Of a stretch of DNA of 64,000 bases, positions 58,158-64,000 are shown one piece after another; position 1 is the first letter of the stretch, and each line of letters opens with the position of its first letter. A model generated the notes under the pieces. That model made no database searches. It saw only the letters and a program-made list of their open reading frames with translations, and was not told the DNA's origin. The position numbers and the translations under genes were made by a program. Source of the stretch: an uncultured delta proteobacterium (GTDB lineage Bacteria > Myxococcota > UBA727 > VGSZ01); contig CAVZJB010000011.1 of assembly GCA_963775425.1 (NCBI GenBank), forward strand, positions 1 through 64,000, written 5' to 3'.

Positions 58158-58514
58158 CTACGCGAACAGCGGCGCGGTGTCGACGTGGACGAGGTACTCG
58201 TCGATGGCGTCGCCCTTCATGCGGAAGACGTTCACGAAGGGCACGGTCACGTTCTTTTCGTCCTTGCGGGTGTAGGTGACCTCGCCGTGGATGGCGACGT
58301 CGTCGCCGTCGTTCCACAGGTGGATCATGCGGTGCTTGCTGCCGGCGATGGCGCCGAAGAAGCCGGCCACAGCCTCGTGCACGGCGGCGCGGCCCTTCAC
58401 CGCCGGCGCGTTGGCGAAGCGGAAGGTGCCCTCGGGCGTGAGGAAGGAGACGAACGCGTCCGCGTTCTGCTCGTCGATGGCGCGAAAGAGGCGCGCGGCC
58501 TGATCGGGTTGCAT
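58158..58514 (-). CDS. SnoaL-like/NTF2 family protein
   Basis: LFRAID...F.FANAP...GR...GEVTYTRKD...IDEYLVHVD. GGAGG RBS. Confidence 0.85.
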   Translation of the reverse strand: MQPDQAARLFRAIDEQNADAFVSFLTPEGTFRFANAPAVKGRAAVHEAVAGFFGAIAGSKHRMIHLWNDGDDVAIHGEVTYTRKDEKNVTVPFVNVFRMKGDAIDEYLVHVDTAPLFA

Positions 58515-58535
58515 GCGAAGACCTCCGTTTGTTTG

Positions 58536-58553
58536 GTTCAAGACATCTTGAAC
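58536..58553. promoter_or_regulatory. Palindromic operator candidate
   Basis: GTTCAAGA-CA-TCTTGAAC just upstream of the SnoaL RBS. Confidence 0.6.
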
Positions 58554-58716
58554 GGTCAGAACCATACAGACGCCCCGCGCCTCGCACAAGGCGAAAGCCG
58601 GCCGCGCGCGCCGCGGCGACCGACGGTCTCGGACCGCGCGGGGGCAAAAACTCTTGCGGTTCCCGGCGTCCGGCGGATCCCCCATGCTGGGCGCCGACAA
58701 CCCGGGAGGACCCACC

Positions 58717-59553
58717 GTGCACAACATGGGCAAGACGCTGGCCGTGATCGCGTTCGTGACCTTTTCGCTGACGTCCGCGGCCGCGCGGGCACAGACCTGC
58801 GGGCCCGGCAACCCGCTCGATCACATCTGCCAGTCGCAGGCGGCGGTCGCGGACACGCTCACCGACATCCAGGCGAGCGTCGGCGAGTGCACCGCGCTCG
58901 ACACCGGCGTCGCCGACCTGCAGTCGAGCGTCGACGGCTTGCAGTCGAGCGTCGACGGCTTGCAGTCGAGCGTCGACGGCTTGCAGACGAGCGTCGACGG
59001 CTTGCAGACGAGCGTCGACGGGCTGCAGACCCGCGCCGACGGGCTGCAGACGAGCGTCGACGCGCTGTCCGGCCGGGTCGGGGAGATCTCGCAGGCGCTC
59101 GAGGCGCACGCCGCGGCCGCGCACCCGTTTTGGACCTCGCCGCTGTGGCTGGTGCACGAGGGCGCCAGCACGACGTCGGTGAACGCGCTGAACCTCGGGG
59201 CCGACGAGGTCGAGGTGGTCTTCGCCTTCTTCAACGCCGACGGCACCGTCAACAGCACCTTCAGCACCAGCCGGCTGGTCGCCCCCGGCGGCGACAGCAC
59301 CATCTTCCTCGACGACCGCGGCGTCGACCCGGCGCAGCACGGCTGGTTCGCCGTGCTCTCCTCCGGGCCCATCCAGGTCGACGGCTACGTGGACTTTGGC
59401 CGCGGCGACGCCGCCCTGTCGCGCGAGTACGGGATGCGCACGCTGTCGTTCACCCCCGTCGGCTGCGAGGAGGACCCGTCGACGTGGCCGAAGACCAACG
59501 CTCCGTTCCTGTGCTCCTTCATCGACCGGGAGCTGACCCGCCTGTGGCCGTGA
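58717..59553 (+). CDS. Secreted protein with heptad coiled-coil stalk and beta-sandwich C-terminus
   Basis: GGAGG RBS, signal peptide, LQ(S/T)SVDG repeats. Confidence 0.72.
   Translation: MHNMGKTLAVIAFVTFSLTSAAARAQTCGPGNPLDHICQSQAAVADTLTDIQASVGECTALDTGVADLQSSVDGLQSSVDGLQSSVDGLQTSVDGLQTSVDGLQTRADGLQTSVDALSGRVGEISQALEAHAAAAHPFWTSPLWLVHEGASTTSVNALNLGADEVEVVFAFFNADGTVNSTFSTSRLVAPGGDSTIFLDDRGVDPAQHGWFAVLSSGPIQVDGYVDFGRGDAALSREYGMRTLSFTPVGCEEDPSTWPKTNAPFLCSFIDRELTRLWP
58918..59064 (+). repeat. Seven 21-bp tandem repeats (LQSSVDG heptads)
   Basis: (T/C)TGCAG(T/A)CGAGCGTCGACGG(C/G) units. Confidence 0.92.
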
Positions 59554-59554
59554 C

Positions 59555-62500
59555 CTAGCCGGCGTCCTCTTCGTCCATGCGGCGCATGGCTTCGAGGAGC
59601 AGGAACGTCGTCTGGTGCTCGATGTTCACGTCGGGCGGCTTGTCGCCGTAGTGGATGCGGAAGAAGCCCTCTTTGTGGCGGGCGAGCTGGTAGAAGGCGT
59701 CGTCGCCGCGGAGGGCGCCGCACTCCGCGTAGCGGATCTGGCCGGTCTCGAAGGCGATCATGCCCTTGTCGCCGTCGGCCGGGACCAGGTCGACGCGGGC
59801 GGTCTTTCGACCCATCTCGAGGCTCTGCACGATCTCCGGCAGCGCCATCTGCCGCAGCGTCCCCATCACGCCGGTCGGCATCGCCGGCGGCGTCTGCGGG
59901 GCCTGCTCCTCGCCCGCGAAGTCCGGCGGCAGCTCGGGCAGGTCGTCGAGCGACGGGATCGCGATGTTCTCGAGGAACGCCGGCTCCGTGCGCTTCACCA
60001 GCGGCGGCTGCGGCGGCAGCTCGAACGCGTGCACCGGCGTCTGCTCGTCGATGGAAGGCAACTGCACGCTCGGCATGCTCGGGTCGTTGACGCCGCCCTC
60101 GCCGCGGGCCCGGCGCGCGGCCCGGCGCACCTTGGACAGCAGCACCTCGAGCTTGAGCGGCTCGGTGAGGAAGTCGTCGGCGCCGAGATCGAGCAGGCGG
60201 GTGGCGAGCTGCTCGTCGCCCCGCGGCCCGTAGACGAAGAAGGGCATCTCCGCCGTGCGCAACTGCTCCCGCGCCGACAACAACAGCGCCGCGACGTTCA
60301 CGCCCGGGAGGTCGTGGGCGCAGATGACGACGTCCGGCGGGCGGTTCTGCAGGATCTCCTTGGCCACGCCGCCGTCGACGACGTGCTCGATGCCCATGCC
60401 CTCCTGCGCCAGGCGGGCGCCGATGCGCGCGGCCTTGTTCTCGTCGGCGGTGCACAAAAGCACCGTCACGCCACCGGCGGCGTGGGGCACGCCGCCGATG
60501 CCGAGGCTCTTGTACGCCTCCACCGCCGCCGCCGTGACCGCGGCGCGCGCGCACACGAGCGCCTCGACGTCGTCGGCGCCGAGGAGGTTCTTCAGCTCTT
60601 CGAGCGTGGGGTGGTCGAAGGGGTCGGCCAGCGCGACGACGAGGTGCCCGGCGTCGAGGGAGAGCGGCAGCACGCGCCGCGCGAGCACGTAGGTCTGCGG
60701 CAGGCGCCGCACGAGGGCGGGCGGCGGCATCCGCGCCCGCAGCGCGTCGTCGCTGAGCCGCGGCCGCCCCGACGCCGCGGCGAGCGCGTCCGCGACGGTG
60801 GCGTCGGTGAGCGCGCCGCCGGCGACGAGGATCTCGACGACGCGCCCGCCGCGCAGCGTGTGCTCGTCGATGGCCGCCTTGAGCGCCTGCTCCGCGACCA
60901 CGCCCTGGGCGACGAGCGCGCGCACCGCCGGATCCTGCCGGGCCTGCGCCGCGCGGGTGCTGCGCTGCTCGGGATCGGTCTGATCGCGGGTGCGCTCCTC
61001 GAGGGCGGCGTTCGCGGTGGCCGTCGACATCGGCGGCGCCGCCGTCGCCCCTGCCGCGCGCGCGGGATCGGGCGCGACGTTGGTGGCGGGCACGGCGAGC
61101 TTCGGCGCGGTGGGCGGCGCGGCGAGGTCACCGGGGCTCGGCACGGGTGCCGTCGAGGCCGGCCCGGGCGCCGCGGGCTGCGCGCCCGACACCGGCCGCG
61201 GCGGCGCCTGCCGGGCGGGGGCCGCCGGCCGGGGCGGCGGCCTGGCGCTGGCGGCGCCGGGCTCGTCGGGATCGGCGAGCAGCAGGCGCTTCTGCGCCGG
61301 CCGGGGCGGCGGCTTGCGCGGCGGCGGCGGCGGCGCCACCGCCTCGTCCTCGAGGTCCGGGGGCAGGTCCGCGAAGCTCTGCGGGCTCGTCCGCGGCGCC
61401 TCGATGCGCGGGCTGACGGGCGCCGTGCGCGAGTCCGTGTGCGGCGGCGGCGCGAAGGGGTCGTCGTCCCCCGCGGCGGCGGGCGCGAGCGTCGGCGCGT
61501 CCGTGGCCCGCTCGGGCAGGAGCGCCGGCGGCTCGCCGAAGGCGTCCAGGTCGAGCGGCTCGTCGACGGGCGGGCGCAACAGCGGTGCGACGTCCTCGGC
61601 GCGCCCGACGATCGCCACGGCTTCGTCAGGCAGGTCCTCGAGCGCGCTCACCGTGGGCAGCGCCGCCGGGGGCGGCATCCGCGGCGGCGCCAACGGGGGC
61701 GGCATGGCCGGGGGCTGCGACAGGGGCGGCGGGCCGCCGGGCGCGCCCCGCGGCGGGGTGGCCGGGCGCTGCGGCGGCCTGCCGGCGAGCGGCGGCGGCG
61801 CGGGCGCCTGCGCGACGAGGCGCGTGGTGGCCTCGTGCTCGCCGCCGGGCCCGCCGACGGGGATGAGCTCGAGCATGGGCACCGGACCGGGCCCCGCGTT
61901 TTGCGCGCGAACGGGCGCGGGGCCGGAGAGCGGCTCGAGGGTCGGGATGCGATCCACCGGATCGAGCGAGGGGATGGAGTCGGCGGGCGTGCGTGGGCGG
62001 ACCGGCCCCTCCTCGGCGATGCGCCGCTCGACGGCGCGCACGGTCCGCCGCACGAGCTCGGCGAAGGCGGCGCGGTCGGGCTTCAGCTTCAAGACGGCGC
62101 CGGCTTCGCCGAGCCGCTCGACGAGCTCGGGCGAGCCAATCTGGGCCTCCGTGGGGCCGATGCCCAGCGTGCGCCGCACCACCCGATCGAGCGGCGGCGG
62201 CAGGGGCGGGCGGGCGCCGCCTCCGCGCAACAGCGGGACGAGGTCGTAGAGGAGGGCGCCGACGCCGGCCATGTCCCAGCGGGCCTCGGGCGGCCGGTCC
62301 GGCGGGTCGTTGCGCGGGGTGGTGAGCCCCGTGAGCCACACCTGGCCGTCGTTGCCCACGCGGACGTGGCCGATGCTGACGTCGCCGTGGCCGAGCAGCG
62401 TGCGCGCGACCGCTCCGTTGCGCCCCGGCACGCCGTTCGCGGGCGCGAAGCCGTGGAGGGCGCCGACGCCCGTCGCGAGGTCGGCGAGCACGAGCAGCAC

Positions 62501-62821
62501 GCTCTCGAGCCCGATCGTGACCCGGCGGTCCTTCAGCGACTTCGCCATCTCGCCCAGATCGAGCCCCTCGAGGTACGGGGCCACCACGAACGGCAGGCCG
62601 TCGACGACGCCGTGGCCGAGGTGCCGGGCGAGGTTCGGGTGGCTCTTGCCGATGAGCTGCTCGCAGCGACGCAACAGCTCGTCGTGGAGGGCGGCGTCGA
62701 GGCGCGAGTACACCTTCAGGAAGTACGGCCCTCCCTGCGTCGCGTGCGTCGCCTTGTAGCGATCGGCGACCTCGGACCGGCCCAATTCCTCGAGGAGGGT
62801 GAAGTCCCCAAAACGCGTCAT
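59555..62821 (-). CDS. Pseudokinase, Pro-rich linker, GSPII_N/MshEN-like, pseudo-receiver, DUF4388 multidomain protein
   Basis: FGDFTLLEELG, HGDVSIGHV, VALADPFD, LDLGADDFLTEP, GTLRQMALPEIVQSLEMGRKT. Confidence 0.8.
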   Translation of the reverse strand: MTRFGDFTLLEELGRSEVADRYKATHATQGGPYFLKVYSRLDAALHDELLRRCEQLIGKSHPNLARHLGHGVVDGLPFVVAPYLEGLDLGEMAKSLKDRRVTIGLESVLLVLADLATGVGALHGFAPANGVPGRNGAVARTLLGHGDVSIGHVRVGNDGQVWLTGLTTPRNDPPDRPPEARWDMAGVGALLYDLVPLLRGGGARPPLPPPLDRVVRRTLGIGPTEAQIGSPELVERLGEAGAVLKLKPDRAAFAELVRRTVRAVERRIAEEGPVRPRTPADSIPSLDPVDRIPTLEPLSGPAPVRAQNAGPGPVPMLELIPVGGPGGEHEATTRLVAQAPAPPPLAGRPPQRPATPPRGAPGGPPPLSQPPAMPPPLAPPRMPPPAALPTVSALEDLPDEAVAIVGRAEDVAPLLRPPVDEPLDLDAFGEPPALLPERATDAPTLAPAAAGDDDPFAPPPHTDSRTAPVSPRIEAPRTSPQSFADLPPDLEDEAVAPPPPPRKPPPRPAQKRLLLADPDEPGAASARPPPRPAAPARQAPPRPVSGAQPAAPGPASTAPVPSPGDLAAPPTAPKLAVPATNVAPDPARAAGATAAPPMSTATANAALEERTRDQTDPEQRSTRAAQARQDPAVRALVAQGVVAEQALKAAIDEHTLRGGRVVEILVAGGALTDATVADALAAASGRPRLSDDALRARMPPPALVRRLPQTYVLARRVLPLSLDAGHLVVALADPFDHPTLEELKNLLGADDVEALVCARAAVTAAAVEAYKSLGIGGVPHAAGGVTVLLCTADENKAARIGARLAQEGMGIEHVVDGGVAKEILQNRPPDVVICAHDLPGVNVAALLLSAREQLRTAEMPFFVYGPRGDEQLATRLLDLGADDFLTEPLKLEVLLSKVRRAARRARGEGGVNDPSMPSVQLPSIDEQTPVHAFELPPQPPLVKRTEPAFLENIAIPSLDDLPELPPDFAGEEQAPQTPPAMPTGVMGTLRQMALPEIVQSLEMGRKTARVDLVPADGDKGMIAFETGQIRYAECGALRGDDAFYQLARHKEGFFRIHYGDKPPDVNIEHQTTFLLLEAMRRMDEEDAG

Positions 62822-62978
62822 CCGCCCAGCCGTCTCCGTGCGCCTCGTTCGTCTCGTGATTACCACCGCAGACGCCTCCGCCGCGACCTTCGTCGCCGAT
62901 CGACCCGATCGAGCGCGGCCGCTCCCCCCGCTCGCTGATCTCCTTGCCCCTCGACCCCCGGCGGGTTACCGCACCCAG

Positions 62979-64000
62979 ATGCAGCGTCTCCCGCCCCCGC
63001 GCCTCGCGGGCGTCGCGGCCCTCCTCGTGGCCGCCGCGCCCCTCGCGGCCGGCGCCGGCGCGTGCCTCCCGGTCACCGCGGCCGTCCCCACCGACCACCC
63101 CGTCCTGCCCATGGGCATGGCGCTCAGCGCCGACGGCGACCACCTCCTCGTGGTGTCGTCGGACTTCGACCTCGCCTTCGGCCAGGGCGCGTTCCTGAGC
63201 GCGGACCTCTCGCTGGTGCGGCAGCAGAAGGCGGGCGAAGACAACACGCCCACGGTCGTCACGAGCGCCTACACCTCGGCCGTGCTCTTGCCGCCGCAGT
63301 CGGATCAGCCCGTGCTGTCCCCCCTGGGCGACCGCGTCTTCATCCCCGCCCGCGGCTTCTACGCGAGCGGCGCCGCCAACACCGTCGCCGTCGTCGACGT
63401 CGGCGCCGACGGCGCGCTCTCCTGCGGCAGCGACACGAGCCCGCAGACCTGCGGCGTGGCCCCGCGGGTGCTGCAGCTCACCCAGAGCGATCCCTTCACC
63501 GTCATCCTGCTCGCCGAGTCCCCCGACAAGGTGCGCGTGAGCGGGCTCGTGACGCTCGAGTCGTCCCCCGTCATCAGCTTCTTCTCCGACGACACCAGCC
63601 GCACCCCCGCCCGCCGCATGCAGCTCGATGGCACGCTCGATCTCGGCACCAGCATCGGCGGCGTGCGCGCGGCCGTGTTGCGGCCGCCGGTGGCGGGCAC
63701 CGATCAAGTCATCATCGCCGCGCTCGATCTGTCCACCGATGTCGGCCTCGCGGGCGCGCGCCTCGCCACGTTCCTGCCGCGCGCGGACACCAACGTGGCC
63801 AACCTCGACGTCACCGCCACCACCGGCTCCCTCTCCATGCGCGACCTCGTGCTCGTCCCCGGCGAGGACGGCGACAACGACGCCGTCGTCGCCGTGCTCA
63901 GGAACCCCGACGCCCTCGCGCGCTTCGAGATCGACGACGCGGGCTCGCTGCCCACCTTCCGCATGACCGCGCTCGTGCCCACCTGCCGCGCGCCGTTGTC
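62979..64000 (+). CDS. Lipoprotein, probable beta-propeller (partial, runs off the window)
   Basis: Signal ending AGAC, PMGMALSADGDHLLVVSSDFDL. Absent from the ORF track because it has no stop in the window. Confidence 0.65.
   Translation, partial: MQRLPPPRLAGVAALLVAAAPLAAGAGACLPVTAAVPTDHPVLPMGMALSADGDHLLVVSSDFDLAFGQGAFLSADLSLVRQQKAGEDNTPTVVTSAYTSAVLLPPQSDQPVLSPLGDRVFIPARGFYASGAANTVAVVDVGADGALSCGSDTSPQTCGVAPRVLQLTQSDPFTVILLAESPDKVRVSGLVTLESSPVISFFSDDTSRTPARRMQLDGTLDLGTSIGGVRAAVLRPPVAGTDQVIIAALDLSTDVGLAGARLATFLPRADTNVANLDVTATTGSLSMRDLVLVPGEDGDNDAVVAVLRNPDALARFEIDDAGSLPTFRMTALVPTCRAPL

Noticed and set aside
58918-59064. 21-bp repeats as a non-coding array
   Set aside because: In-frame coding heptads with no spacers.

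Overview
High-GC Myxococcota/deltaproteobacterial-type DNA (AglZ-like protein, MYXO-CTERM, DUF4388 proteins) in two halves. Positions 1-26784 are the right part of a genomic island anchored at tRNA-Asp(GTC) (26785-26861, minus strand) by an excisionase and tyrosine integrase. The island is packed with candidate anti-phage genes: four HEPN-like RNases, two PIN proteins, two PD-(D/E)xK nucleases (one split by IS21, one frameshifted), a wHTH-Ser/Thr kinase, an AbiE type IV toxin-antitoxin pair, DUF4238 and a Schlafen/AlbA_2 protein. Its most notable locus is a bacterial ubiquitination-like operon (Ubl-E2 fusion, JAB peptidase, E1 with no Cys in the crossover loop) facing an XRE-ImmA/IrrE regulator and a degenerate PIN gene. 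An IS3 element sits inside an IS21 element, and both target-site duplications are visible. Positions 26.9-64 kb look like core genome: SF1 helicase, AglZ-like motility protein, large Cys-rich lipoproteins, REC-EAL, a WtpA-type Mo/W ABC transporter with a divergent porin, redox genes, an exported two-domain truncated globin, and a pseudokinase-MshEN-REC-DUF4388 scaffold. All family calls come from motif recognition by eye; no searches were run.
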